A stretch of DNA of 63,338 bases, taken from positions 1 to 63,338 of the forward strand of contig JBJMIW010000372.1 in NCBI GenBank assembly GCA_045806665.1. Direction: 5' to 3'. The position numbers and the translations under genes are program-made. This stretch comes from Actinoallomurus sp. (GTDB lineage Bacteria; Actinomycetota; Actinomycetes; Streptosporangiales; Streptosporangiaceae). Shown here one piece after another: positions 28,125 through 38,057 of the stretch (its first letter is position 1; every line of letters starts with the position of its first letter). The notes under the pieces are model-generated. The model was not told the origin of the DNA. It was given only the letters and a program-made list of their open reading frames with translations, and searched no databases.

Positions 28125-29668
28125 CGCGCGTACCCAGCCAGATCGGTGATCTCGATCAGGTGCTCCGGCCCCTCCAGGACCCCGTCCTCGGTCTCGACCC
28201 AGGCCACGCCGCCATCCGGCACCAGCGACAGGCGGACCTCCATCGAGCCGTCGCCGGTGACCGTCTTCACCTCGGTCTCCCCAGGGCGCCGGGCGGCCAG
28301 CGCGTCCCCCAGCAGCGCCAGGAACAGCCGGAACGCCCGCGGATCGAGCGTGTCCAGCTCCGACAGCAGCAGCGGCCCGTCGGTGCACAGCCGGGCCCGC
28401 GCGGCGGCGGTCTCGGCGGCCTCCCGCTCGGCGGCCTGGACGAGCGTCCGTCGTTCCGCCGAACGATCCCGCACCCTGTTCGGCTTGCCGCGCCGCTCGT
28501 ACGAGCCCGTCCGCCGCAGCTGCGGAGAGATCCGCATCGGCGGTGCCTCGGCCCACGGCATGCCGGGGACCGCGTCGTCCTCCCACGCGCCCAGGGTCTC
28601 GGCGGTGACCGTGAGGTGCCGCGCCGGCGTCAGCCCGAACGCCACCCGCCACAGGCGGTGCAGTGCCTCGCCGTCGGGTGCCTCGGCGAACCAGCGCGCC
28701 AGTGTCGCGAAGTCGGCCGACCGGTCGGAACGACCCGAGCGCCGCTCGTTCAGCAGCCCGACCGTGTCGATGAGCTGTTTGATCGCGGTCACCGCCGCCT
28801 GCCGCAGCAGGCGCGCCTGCGAGGGGTGGCTCGAACCCGCCGAGACGAACCAGTCGCTCAGGCCCCGCCACCGGTTCCGCCACGCGGCCAACGCCGCCGC
28901 CTCCGCCCGCGCCAATTCCACCGCGGCGTCCGCGCCTTCCGGGACCGCGTCCGACGCCTCCCGGCGAGCCGCCAGCTCCAGCAGCCGCTCATGGCGCAGA
29001 GACTCCAGGTCGCCGAGCAACCGGGCGATCCGCGCGCCAGAGTTGGCCAGGTCGGCGATGAACCGGTTGATGTAGTCGATGAGACGCTCCTTGTAGGCGA
29101 TGAACCCCTCCACATCGCCGTCGGAGAAGTCGATCGCCCGCCGCAGCGAGGCCATGAACGCCTGCGCGTTGTCGGCCAGTGACGAGAATCGCTCGGCCAG
29201 GCTCAACAACAGCAGATGGACTTTTACCGGATCCGGGTCGGACTGGGCCGCCAGCGCCGCCAGGCCCTCGAGCTGGTCGGCGATGTCGGCGAGCGCAACG
29301 GACTGCAGCGACCCCCGGCGGCCGATCGCCTCCTCGTAGAACTCGATGGCCTGCTCGGCCGCATGACCCGCCGCGGTCAACTGGTACAGGAATCGCTTGC
29401 GGTGAAAATCCTCGACCGTGGTCACCCGGCCGGTGTCGGCGTCGGCCCGCAGGTTCCCCCACTCGACCAGTTTCTCCAACGCCTGGTCCAGTTGCTCATC
29501 GCTCCCGCGCCCGAGCTCGGCCGCCACGTCCTCGGGCCGCAGGTGAACGATGAACCGCTCCTTGGCTCCCGCGAAGGCCCGCAGCACCTGCCGGTAGAAC
29601 GCCACGTTGGGCGCACTCAGATGCGCGAACGGCTGTGGCTCCTGTCGCTTCTGGGTCTCGCCGGTCAC
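28121..29668 (-). CDS. jetA: Wadjet type II JetA (TIGR02677; DUF2397)
   Basis: FAHLSAP, LVEWGNL, YQLTAAG, FIAYKERLIDY, WRGLSDWF, LARWF, AFGLTPARHL. Confidence 0.9.
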   Translation of the reverse strand: MTGETQKRQEPQPFAHLSAPNVAFYRQVLRAFAGAKERFIVHLRPEDVAAELGRGSDEQLDQALEKLVEWGNLRADADTGRVTTVEDFHRKRFLYQLTAAGHAAEQAIEFYEEAIGRRGSLQSVALADIADQLEGLAALAAQSDPDPVKVHLLLLSLAERFSSLADNAQAFMASLRRAIDFSDGDVEGFIAYKERLIDYINRFIADLANSGARIARLLGDLESLRHERLLELAARREASDAVPEGADAAVELARAEAAALAAWRNRWRGLSDWFVSAGSSHPSQARLLRQAAVTAIKQLIDTVGLLNERRSGRSDRSADFATLARWFAEAPDGEALHRLWRVAFGLTPARHLTVTAETLGAWEDDAVPGMPWAEAPPMRISPQLRRTGSYERRGKPNRVRDRSAERRTLVQAAEREAAETAAARARLCTDGPLLLSELDTLDPRAFRLFLALLGDALAARRPGETEVKTVTGDGSMEVRLSLVPDGGVAWVETEDGVLEGPEHLIEITDLAGYAR

Positions 29669-29840
29669 CGGCCCATTCTTGCTGACCACAAAGAGTCGTT
29701 CAGCCGATAGGGAGGATTTCCGACGTAGGGACACCGGTCACGACGCAGGGCAGGACCTGGCCGGCGATCTCGTCGTCGGAGCCGCGCAGCACCGGGTCGC
29801 CCTCGGGGGGACCGGTCGCCGAAGCCGAGCCCTGACTCGT

Positions 29841-30371
29841 CTACGCGAGGCCGCGGCGTGAGACGGCCGGCGGCCGGGTCCCGCTGATCGAGGCGACCAT
29901 GTCGAGCACCTGCCGGGTCGCCTCGACGTCGGCCGTGCGGAAGACCCGGGCACCGGCCCAGGCGAACACCGCCGCCACGGCGGGCTCGGCCTCGTCCACC
30001 AGCACCGCGTGCCCGGCCCGCGCGAGGCGCTCGGCGTCGTACGGGTCCGTCACGTGGATCAGCACGCCGTCCGGGCGTACGCCCGCCGCGTGCTCCGGCG
30101 CCGAACACAGCAGCGCGGCGCCGGTCGCCGCCGCGACCCTGGCGAAGGCGTCCCCGGACAGCAGCTCGGCCCCGGCCCGTACACAGGCGACGGCCTGCTC
30201 CTCCGAGGAGGGCGCCACCGCGATCACCGGCGCCCGCGGGTCCGCCCGCACCGCGCGGACGACCTCCGGATCGGCCGCCACCTCGGCGACGTCGGCGCCG
30301 TCCGTCAGACCCTCGGTCATCACCGCGAAACTCCCGGACTGAAAGATCCGGGTACCGAGGCGCAGCTCCAT
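29841..30371 (-). CDS. Shortened, degenerate FolP2 (dihydropteroate synthase-like)
   Basis: MELRLG N-terminus and GARVFR..VLDMVASISGTRPPAVSRRGLA C-terminus match FolP2; only 176 aa; NxTPDSF motif absent. Confidence 0.7.
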   Translation of the reverse strand: MELRLGTRIFQSGSFAVMTEGLTDGADVAEVAADPEVVRAVRADPRAPVIAVAPSSEEQAVACVRAGAELLSGDAFARVAAATGAALLCSAPEHAAGVRPDGVLIHVTDPYDAERLARAGHAVLVDEAEPAVAAVFAWAGARVFRTADVEATRQVLDMVASISGTRPPAVSRRGLA

Positions 30372-30458
30372 GCTCCTGATCGTGGCATAGGCGCGTGCGG
30401 CCGCGTTCGCGCGACCGGGTTGACGCACCGTACGACATGGTTGTGGCACGATCGGAAC

Positions 30459-31100
30459 ATGCTCGTCACCATCACCGTGGCCCTCGCCGCGCTGGCCGTC
30501 CTGGCGGCGATCGTCGTCGTGGCCATCGGTGGCGGCGGGGAGCTCTCCGCCGAGCACCCCGACCATCCGCCGCTGGCCCTGCCGGGCCGGCGTTCGGTCG
30601 GCGGCACCGACGCGGCGCTGCTCCGCCTGCCCATGGGGCTGTGGGGCTACCACAAGCAGATCACCGATGAGGCGCTGGAGCGCTTCGCGCACGAGCTGAC
30701 CGAGCGGGACACGCGCATCGCCGTGCTCGAGCAGGAGCTCGCGGAGGCGCGTCAGCGCCTGTACGAACCACCGGAGCAGGCGCCCTGGCGGCCGGCCATC
30801 CCGTCGGCCTCGCCGGCGCCCGACGCGCTTGACATGCGTGGCCCCTTCGTCCCGGCGGATCCGGCCTTGTCGCACGACGGTGACCTGCCTCCTCTGCCCC
30901 ACCATGAGGACGAGGCGCCCTGGGAGCCGCCGGCCGAGCCGCCGCAGACGATCGTCGACAAGGTCGTCTTCGACCCCCGGACGGTCGCCGATGCACAGCC
31001 CGCCGACGCGCCGGATCACCAGGACGCGGGCGACGGGCATCGAACGGACGCCGACGAGGCGCGTCGACCGGACGCGGGCTCCCGGTGGGAGGAGTCGTGA
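30459..31100 (+). CDS. Membrane-anchored DivIVA-domain-like protein
   Basis: TM helix, LRLPMGLWGY..TDEALERFAHEL..RD..IA.LE; syntenic between folP2 and tag. Confidence 0.75.
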   Translation: MLVTITVALAALAVLAAIVVVAIGGGGELSAEHPDHPPLALPGRRSVGGTDAALLRLPMGLWGYHKQITDEALERFAHELTERDTRIAVLEQELAEARQRLYEPPEQAPWRPAIPSASPAPDALDMRGPFVPADPALSHDGDLPPLPHHEDEAPWEPPAEPPQTIVDKVVFDPRTVADAQPADAPDHQDAGDGHRTDADEARRPDAGSRWEES

Positions 31101-31525
31101 GCGGGGTCGCCGTGCACGCGTCCGCCGACGTCGACGCGCCGGCGGAGCGGGTGTGGGAGGTCCTCGTCGACTGGCCCCGGCACTCCGAATGGGTGCCGCT
31201 GACCCGCGCGGAGGGCGGCGCGGGGGAGGGCGCGAGCCTGGAGGCGTGGACCGGCGTGGGTCCCGTCGGGTTCCTCGACACGATGGTGATCGACGAGTGG
31301 CTGCCGCCGCACCGCGTCCGCGTCCGGCACACCGGCTCCCTCATCCGCGGTGAGGGCCGGTTCGACCTGCTCGACCTGCCCGACGGCCGGTGCCGGGTCA
31401 CCTGGGCGGAGTTGATCGACCTGCCGCTGGGGCCGCTCGGCCGCGCCGGCTGGTTCGCGATCGGCCCCGTCGCCCGCCTCATGCTGGAGACGTCACTGCA
31501 CCGCCTCGCTAACATGTTCGAATGA
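31097..31525 (+). CDS. SRPBCC family protein
   Basis: VDAPAERVWEVLVDWPRHSEWVP. Confidence 0.88.
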   Translation: MSGVAVHASADVDAPAERVWEVLVDWPRHSEWVPLTRAEGGAGEGASLEAWTGVGPVGFLDTMVIDEWLPPHRVRVRHTGSLIRGEGRFDLLDLPDGRCRVTWAELIDLPLGPLGRAGWFAIGPVARLMLETSLHRLANMFE

Positions 31526-32091
31526 CTGTGATCGGCCCGGATGGACTGGCGCGGTGCCCATGGGGTGTCTCCGCGCCCGACTACATCGCCTACCACGACG
31601 ACGAGTGGGGTCGCCCGGTCCGCGACGACCACGGGCTCTACGAGCGGCTCTGCCTGGAGGCGTTCCAGTCCGGCCTGTCCTGGCTGACGATCCTGCGCAA
31701 GCGCGAGGGGTTCCGGCGGGCGTTCGACCACTTCGACCCGGAGAAGGTCGCCGCATATGGCCCGGCCGACGTCGAGCGGCTGATGGCCGACGCCGCGATC
31801 GTACGGAACCGGCGGAAGATCGACGCCGCGATCGCCAACGCGCGGGCGGCGCTCGACCTGCCGGCGGGTCTGGCCGCCGTGGTCTGGGCGCACGCCGACC
31901 CGGACGCCCCGGCGCCCAAGACGGTGACCGACGTGCCCGCCACCACACCCGGCTCCACGGCGCTGGCCAAGAAGCTCAAGAAGCACGGCTTCCGGCACGT
32001 CGGTCCGACGACGATCTACGCCCTCATGCAGGCCTGCGGTCTGGTCGACGATCACCTGGTCGACTGCCACCGGCGCGGCGCCTACCTCTAG
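31522..32091 (+). CDS. tag: DNA-3-methyladenine glycosylase I
   Basis: RCPW..YHDDEWG, LEAFQSGLSWLTILRKR, GPTTIYALMQACGLVDDHLVDC. Confidence 0.96.
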   Translation: MTVIGPDGLARCPWGVSAPDYIAYHDDEWGRPVRDDHGLYERLCLEAFQSGLSWLTILRKREGFRRAFDHFDPEKVAAYGPADVERLMADAAIVRNRRKIDAAIANARAALDLPAGLAAVVWAHADPDAPAPKTVTDVPATTPGSTALAKKLKKHGFRHVGPTTIYALMQACGLVDDHLVDCHRRGAYL

Positions 32092-32199
32092 GGATCATTC
32101 CGCCTTCGCGGCCTCCAGCACCGGCACCCCGGCGGCGCGGCGGGCGGGCAGCGCGGAGATCGTCCACGTGACGGCGGCCGCGCCGAGCACCACGACGGC

Positions 32200-32244
32200 G
32201 AGTCGGCCACGTACTTCGTCATCGCCGAGGCCCTCACCAACGCG
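32200..32244 (+). pseudogene. Sensor histidine kinase fragment (N-box region)
   Basis: ESATYFVIAEALTNA matches the NarX/DesK-type ExAxYFVxxEALTN motif. Confidence 0.5.
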
Positions 32245-32479
32245 CCCGCCACGGCGGCGCCTGCTCCGGTCAGGAAGGCAGCAGCCTCTGCGTGCAGGTG
32301 GCCCAGATGGTCTTCTCCGGGTCGGACATCTCTGGTCGGTGTGAGTAGCCGCATCGCCGACGATTCGGACGCCGGGGCTGACCCATCGTGTTCCGTGCCG
32401 TTTGCTCAGCCGAGACGATGTACCGCCTCAGTAGACGCCCCTGAGACGATGGTGCCACCCCCTGGCGTCCGATCCGTTG

Positions 32480-32752
32480 CCCGACCAGTAGTCGAGGTAG
32501 AGCTTCGTGGCCGCCGAGACGCTGTACCAGTAGAGCGGTGAAGCGATCACGAGATCGGTCGCGTCGAGCGTGGCGTCGAGCAGGATCCGCTCGTTGCCGG
32601 TCGGCTCGGGGTACACGGCGCCGGGCACGTGGCGAAGATCCTGGAAATCGGGCAACGGAAGATCCCGAAGACGCAGCCACTGCTGAGCGACGCCTGACGG
32701 AAGCTGCGCGGCGGCCTGCCGCGCCAGCTCCTCGGTGTTACCTCCCGAACGG
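32480..32752 (-). pseudogene. Internal fragment of a flavodoxin/NAD(P)H-dependent FMN reductase
   Basis: RSGGNTEELAR..DLVIASPLYWYSVSAATKLYLDYWSG; both termini missing. Confidence 0.75.
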
Positions 32753-33059
32753 TAAGTGCACCTTGCCCCGACTGGAGGACGTGAGCCGCTGCCAGAGGGA
32801 TCCAGAAGCACTCGAGGTTCGTGGGCCGGCTGTCCGAGGCACCGTCTACGCCCACTTCAACGCCACACTCAGCAAGCAGCGCATCGACCACCAATGCCTC
32901 GCCGTCCCCGAGCAGGACAACTACCTCGCCGTATACCCGGAGCTATGACGCCGTCCGGCCAGTAGGCAAAATGCTCACCGACGCAGCGACGGCTACTTCG
33001 ACGACCGATGCGACGGTCGTGGTGGCGGACCCCGTGGCGGCGCGAGGTGCCGGTGACCG

Positions 33060-33184
33060 GGGTTCCGGACCTGCCAGGACCGGTGGACGGCGATGACGTA
33101 CGCGCGGTGGCGCAGGTGGTCCGGCAGGCCCTGTCCGCCCTGCCCACGCGTCAGCGGACCGCCCTCGTGCTGCGGTACTTCGAG
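33060..33184 (+). pseudogene. ECF sigma factor region-4 fragment
   Basis: VVRQALSALPTRQRTALVLRYFE, truncated before the HTH. Confidence 0.6.
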
Positions 33185-33297
33185 GGGGGCGGTCCACATG
33201 GGGACGGGGGGCCGTTGCCAACAATTGCCATACGCCGCAATTCGCCATCAACCATGACCATCATTGCCAATGTCGGCAACGACGTATGATCATCGCT

Positions 33298-33771
33298 ATG
33301 GCGGACGAAAACCGCACATCTCCCGGGGGCGCCTGCGCTTCGCCGTCCGAACTCCGGGCCAGCACCGGCTACCTGTTGACCCGGCTCGGTGCCGAGTCGC
33401 GGCGGCGATGGGCGCGCATGCTCGTGGAGCACGGCATGACACCACACCACTACGCGGCCCTGCTCGCCCTCGACGATCTCACGGTCACGCACCAGCAGCA
33501 CCTCGCGGCGCTGATCGGCGTCGATCCGCGGAACGCGGTGTCCGTGGTCGACTTCCTGGAGCGCCGGGGGTTCATCGAGCGGACCCGGGATCCCGCCGAC
33601 CGCCGCCGGCACGCCATCGCGCTGACCGCGGAGGGCCGTGCGACGATCCGCGGGCTGCGCCACGCGGGCGAGCGGATCGAACGGGACATGCTCGACGGGC
33701 TCACCGGCGACGAGCAGTCCGCGCTGCACGCCCTGCTGCATCGGCTGTTCCAGGTGACCGTCGACCGCTGA
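33298..33771 (+). CDS. MarR-family regulator
   Basis: LAALIGVD..VVDFLERRGFIERTRDPADRRRHAIALTAEG. Confidence 0.92.
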   Translation: MADENRTSPGGACASPSELRASTGYLLTRLGAESRRRWARMLVEHGMTPHHYAALLALDDLTVTHQQHLAALIGVDPRNAVSVVDFLERRGFIERTRDPADRRRHAIALTAEGRATIRGLRHAGERIERDMLDGLTGDEQSALHALLHRLFQVTVDR

Positions 33772-33811
33772 GCGGTCCCCCGCCCGTACGACCGGTCACC
33801 AGGCCGTACGG

Positions 33812-34306
33812 CTATCGCGGGACGTCCGTGCCCGCGGGCGGGTACCGCGTCTCGCCGGTCCGGCGGGCCTCGATGGCGGCGGGGAGGCGGGCGGCGGCGA
33901 CGGCGGACAGCATGCCGACGCCCTCCTCGACCGTGACGAACGCGAAGTCGTCGAGTTCCTCCTCCTGCAGCCGGATCGGCGGGTCTCCGTCGTACGTGCC
34001 GCAGTCGAAGAGGAAGTACAGGCTCGGGCGTGGGCGCTCATCGTCGGCCGGCAGCCAGTCGGAGACGAGCAGACGTCCCGCGCGCACGCTCAGCCCGACC
34101 TCCTCCAGGACCTCGCGCTCACATCCCCGGTGCGGGGCCTCGTCGGCCTCGACGATGCCGCCGGGGAGACCCCAGTACGGGCGGTAGTTCGGCTTGACGA
34201 GCAGGACCCGGTCGGCGGCGTCGGTGATCAGGCCGCCCGCCGCGACGTAGACGGTGGGAAGCGAGGCGAACCAGGCCTCGCGCGACAGCCATTCGCGTTC
34301 GGTCAC
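33812..34306 (-). CDS. NUDIX hydrolase
   Basis: LLVKPNYR..WGLPGG..E..REVLEEVGL Nudix box. Confidence 0.92.
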   Translation of the reverse strand: MTEREWLSREAWFASLPTVYVAAGGLITDAADRVLLVKPNYRPYWGLPGGIVEADEAPHRGCEREVLEEVGLSVRAGRLLVSDWLPADDERPRPSLYFLFDCGTYDGDPPIRLQEEELDDFAFVTVEEGVGMLSAVAAARLPAAIEARRTGETRYPPAGTDVPR

Positions 34307-34411
34307 GCGTCCGACGCTAACGCGTGGGCGGACCGGCGACCGAACCCTGAAAGATCACCACATACGCCGGTACTGCTAGATAGTTCGCCTTCCAGCGCAG
34401 GTGAGAACGGC

Positions 34412-35197
34412 TCAGCGGCCTTCGAAGACGGGCTCTTCCTTCTTGAGGAAGGCCTTGGTGGCGGCGGCGTGGTCCGCGGTCGCGCCGCAGGCGGCCTGCA
34501 GCTCACCCTCCTTGTCCAGCGCGCTCGCCAGGTCGGCGGCGGCCGCGTGGTCGAGGGCGGCCTTCACCGCGCCGTACGCGACCGTCGGCCCGGCGGCGAG
34601 CCGCTCCGCGAGCTCCCGTGCCTCCGCGTCGAGCCGGTCGGCGGGCACCACGCGGTTCACCAGGCCGAGCTCGAGCGCCTCGGGTGCGCGGACCGGCTCG
34701 GCGAGCAGCAGCAACTCGGTCGCCTTGGCTCGGCCCACGAGGCGCTGCAGCGTCCACGACAGGCCGCTGTCGGGGGCCAGCCCGATCCTCGTGAACGCCG
34801 TCGCGAACGAGGCCTTCTCCGACGCGATCCGGAAGTCGCACGCCAGGGCGAAGGAGAATCCGGCGCCCGCCGCCACGCCGTTGACCGCGGCGATCACCGG
34901 CTTGGGCATCCTGGTGAGGGCGAGCACCGTGGGGTTGTAGTGCTCCTGCACGGTGTCGCCCAGACCCCGGCCCGCCTCCAGGTTGGCGGCGTGCTCCCGC
35001 AGGTCCTGCCCGGCGCAGAACGCCCGGCCGCTTCCGGTCAGGATCACCGCCCGTACGGCGGAGTCATCGCGCGCCCGCTCCACCGCCGCCCGCAGCGCGG
35101 TCTTGGTCTCCGCGGTCAGGGAGTTCATCGCGTCCGGGCGGTTCAGGGTGATCGTCGCGATCCTGTCCGCCAGGTCGTACAGCACGCTCTCCGCCAC
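34412..35197 (-). CDS. Enoyl-CoA hydratase/isomerase (PaaG-like)
   Basis: TLNRPDAMNSL, AFCAGQDL, NGVAAGAG, IGLAPDSG. Confidence 0.92.
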   Translation of the reverse strand: MAESVLYDLADRIATITLNRPDAMNSLTAETKTALRAAVERARDDSAVRAVILTGSGRAFCAGQDLREHAANLEAGRGLGDTVQEHYNPTVLALTRMPKPVIAAVNGVAAGAGFSFALACDFRIASEKASFATAFTRIGLAPDSGLSWTLQRLVGRAKATELLLLAEPVRAPEALELGLVNRVVPADRLDAEARELAERLAAGPTVAYGAVKAALDHAAAADLASALDKEGELQAACGATADHAAATKAFLKKEEPVFEGR

Positions 35198-35537
35198 GTT
35201 CAGGCTCCTTTGCCTGCGCCCGGCACCGGGCGCGTCATCGTCCGAATCCTTCAGGGAAACGATCGGCGAAGCCGGAGGCCGCGGGCAAGAGCCGCGCCAC
35301 CGCAGGTGCCGAGAAATGGGCGTGGGAGCGAACCCACCGCCCGGGAAATCGGTCACCGCCGACCGTCCAGACGGTCCGTCGCCGGGTCTCAGCATGATCT
35401 CGGAGTTGATCGTTACCACTTAGCGCCCGGAAAACGGGATAATGGACCACCACCAGTTGACTTGATGCGGCAGACGGGTCAGCGGCCAAAGATGCCCGGC
35501 GGCCCCGCGCGGCCCTAGGCAGGAAGGGGATGCACGC

Positions 35538-35705
35538 ATGGCGGCGATGAAGCCGCGGACAGGCGATGGTCCGCTCGAAGTTACCAAGGAGGGGCGCGGA
35601 ATCGTCATGCGTGTCCCGCTCGAAGGCGGCGGGCGGCTCGTTGTCGAACTGTCGGCGGACGAGGCAGGCGAGCTCGGAGACGCGCTGAAGGGCGTCGTCG
35701 GCTGA
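35538..35705 (+). CDS. DUF3117 family protein (55 aa, not in ORF track)
   Basis: MAAMKPRTGDGPLEVTKEGRGIVMRVPLEGGGRLVVEL. Confidence 0.93.
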   Translation: MAAMKPRTGDGPLEVTKEGRGIVMRVPLEGGGRLVVELSADEAGELGDALKGVVG

Positions 35706-35738
35706 CAACGACGCCATCCCGCTCATGAAGTTTCGCGA

Positions 35739-35766
35739 AGGCCCCGGCGCGAGCACGCCGGGGCCT
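35739..35766 (+). terminator. Hairpin after DUF3117
   Basis: AGGCCCCGGCG-cgagca-CGCCGGGGCCT. Confidence 0.6.
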
Positions 35767-35788
35767 CGCTGTCCTTAGAGGAGAGGTC

Positions 35789-37252
35789 TTGCCCGTTCAC
35801 ACCCAGCTGCGCATCTCCGACGGCACGATCCGGGACGTCGCGACGACCGCCGAGGTCGTCGCCGTGCCCGTGCAGGCGGGGCCGGAGATCGACCCTGCCT
35901 ACGCGGACGAGGTGGCCGGGTTCTTCGCCCTCGGCGCGGCCGACCTGCTGGCCCACGAGGAGGCGAAGGGCGGCGCGGGTGAGATCGTCGGTGCCCCGCT
36001 CCGGCTGGGTGACGGCATCACCGACCTGCTCTTCTACGGCGTCGGGGACGGTTCGCCCGCGGCGCTGCGCCGGGCGGGCGCGGCCCTCGCGCGGCGCGGG
36101 CGGAGCCGCGCGAACCTCGCCGTCGCCGCACCGTCGGGCGCGAACGACGAGGGCCTTGCGGCGTTCGCGGAGGGCCTGCTGCTGGCCTCGTACGACTTCC
36201 GCGTCGGCGGCCCGCCGAAGAAGCCGGCCACCGAGACGATCACTCTTCTCACGGATGCTCAGGCCGCCGTCGAGCGCGGCGTCGTCGTCGCCCGCGCCGT
36301 GGCGGTGGCCCGCGACCTGACGAACACGCCCTCGTCGGAGAAGACCCCGCAGTGGCTGGCCGAGCAGGCCGAGCGCCTGGCCGGAGAGTCCGGACTGACC
36401 GTACGCGTCCGCGACGAGCGGGAGCTGCGCGCCGAGGGCTTCGGCGGGATCGTCGCCGTCGGCTCCGGGTCGGCCCGCCCGCCGCGTCTGATCGAGCTGA
36501 CGTACGAGCCGGAGGCCGGCGCCTCCGGCCGGCACGTCGTCCTCGTCGGCAAGGGGATCACGTTCGACTCCGGCGGCCTGTCGCTGAAGCCGAACGAGAG
36601 CATGAAGGCGATGAAGACCGACATGGCGGGCGGCGCGGCGGTCATCGGTGCGATGACCGCGCTGCGGGCCCTGCGCGTGCCGGTCCGGGTCGCCGGCCTG
36701 GTCGCGGCGGCCGAGAACCTCCCGTCCGGGTCCGCGATGCGCCCCGGCGACGTGATCCGGCACTACGGCGGCACCACGTCGGAGGTGCTGAACACGGACG
36801 CGGAGGGGCGTCTGGTCCTGGCCGACGCCCTCGCCTACGCCGATGCCGAGCTCGAGCCCGGCGTGCTCGTGGACATCGCCACGCTCACCGGGGCGGCCAA
36901 GGTCGCGCTGGGCCCGCGGCACGGCGCGCTGTACGCCACCGAGGACGCCCTCGCCGCCGAGCTGCTCGGCGCGGGCGAGGACACCGGCGAGCCGCTGTGG
37001 CGGATGCCGCTGATCGAGGAGTACCGCGAGGCGATCGACTCCGACGTCGCCGACGTCGCGAACATCGGGCGGGGCGGCTTCCGCGCGGGTTCGATCACCG
37101 CGGCGCTGTTCCTGCGGGAGTTCACCGGGCGGCGCGCGTGGGCGCACCTCGACGTCGCCGGGCCGGCCCGCGCCGGTTCCGACGACGCCGAGCTGACCCG
37201 CGGCGCGACCGGGTACGGCGTCCGTCTCCTGCTGCGCTGGCTGCGCCCCTGA
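35789..37252 (+). CDS. Leucyl aminopeptidase (M17)
   Basis: GKGITFDSGG, KTDMAG, NTDAEGRL, ATLTGA, WAHLD. Confidence 0.95.
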   Translation: MPVHTQLRISDGTIRDVATTAEVVAVPVQAGPEIDPAYADEVAGFFALGAADLLAHEEAKGGAGEIVGAPLRLGDGITDLLFYGVGDGSPAALRRAGAALARRGRSRANLAVAAPSGANDEGLAAFAEGLLLASYDFRVGGPPKKPATETITLLTDAQAAVERGVVVARAVAVARDLTNTPSSEKTPQWLAEQAERLAGESGLTVRVRDERELRAEGFGGIVAVGSGSARPPRLIELTYEPEAGASGRHVVLVGKGITFDSGGLSLKPNESMKAMKTDMAGGAAVIGAMTALRALRVPVRVAGLVAAAENLPSGSAMRPGDVIRHYGGTTSEVLNTDAEGRLVLADALAYADAELEPGVLVDIATLTGAAKVALGPRHGALYATEDALAAELLGAGEDTGEPLWRMPLIEEYREAIDSDVADVANIGRGGFRAGSITAALFLREFTGRRAWAHLDVAGPARAGSDDAELTRGATGYGVRLLLRWLRP

Positions 37253-37465
37253 GGCAGGGTCCCCCGGCTGCTCGGGCGACGCGGAAGCCGGTCAACTCCA
37301 AGTCGCCGCTGTCGCCGCGCGGTCCCACCGCGCTCGGGGACAGGATCGCGGCTCCCTCACTGCCGTCGTCGGTCGCCGACAGGACCTCACGACCCTCACG
37401 TCGCGATCCGGACGCGGGGGACCGCGTAGCGGGCCTGTCCGAGGGTGAGGATCGACCGGTGGGCG

Positions 37466-38044
37466 TCACCGCGAGCGGGCGTCCACGACCTGGACGCCGC
37501 CGAGCCGGCGGACCTCGTCCAGGACGGTCTCCAGCGGGACGGTCGCGCGCGGCGGCAGCGCGGCCGACCAGTGCAGGGTCGCCGTTCCGGGCACGTCATC
37601 GAGGCGCAGCGTCAGCAGCTCGATGCCGGGCGCGGCGCCGGCCGCCGCGGCCCGCTCCTCCGTGGGCAGGAAGGTGACGTGCTGCACCGACCGCGCGCGC
37701 CCGCGCGGGAGCACCTCGCTCCACAACACCACCGCGGCCACCTCCGGCCAGGGGAGCCGGCGGTCCCGGGCGCGCGACCGCGGCCACGCAGCCGGGAGGC
37801 ATACGCCGCGCTCGTCGACCTCCAGCACCGGCCGGCCGCTCACCGCCCGCCCGGCCGTCGCGACGAGGCGGGCGCCGAACACCCCGATGCCCGGCAGGCC
37901 CACGAGGAGTGCGACGACACCGCCGACGGCGGGCAGGCTCAGCGCGCCGCTCACCGCGAAGGCCACGGACACCAGGACGAGCAGGAGCGTGCCCGCCGCC
38001 GAGGCGACGCCCTGCGGCGAGGTCCGCGCGCGTACCGCGATCAC
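37466..38044 (-). CDS. Hypothetical membrane protein
   Basis: Two TM helices then LEVDERGV..LPWPEV (PH-like segment); start approximate. Confidence 0.6.
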   Translation of the reverse strand: MIAVRARTSPQGVASAAGTLLLVLVSVAFAVSGALSLPAVGGVVALLVGLPGIGVFGARLVATAGRAVSGRPVLEVDERGVCLPAAWPRSRARDRRLPWPEVAAVVLWSEVLPRGRARSVQHVTFLPTEERAAAAGAAPGIELLTLRLDDVPGTATLHWSAALPPRATVPLETVLDEVRRLGGVQVVDARSR

Positions 38045-38057
38045 CGCGGGTGTCGGC

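Larger units (their letters stand above)
17255..29800. other. Accessory island (ECF/Asp23 locus plus Wadjet); boundaries approximate
   Basis: Interrupts the usual LOG-folP2 adjacency; left edge truncates a gene; no integrase or att repeat seen. Confidence 0.6.

Noticed and set aside
17255-29800. Autonomous mobile element (ICE, transposon or prophage)
   Set aside because: No recombinase, transposase, tRNA target or flanking direct repeats recognised
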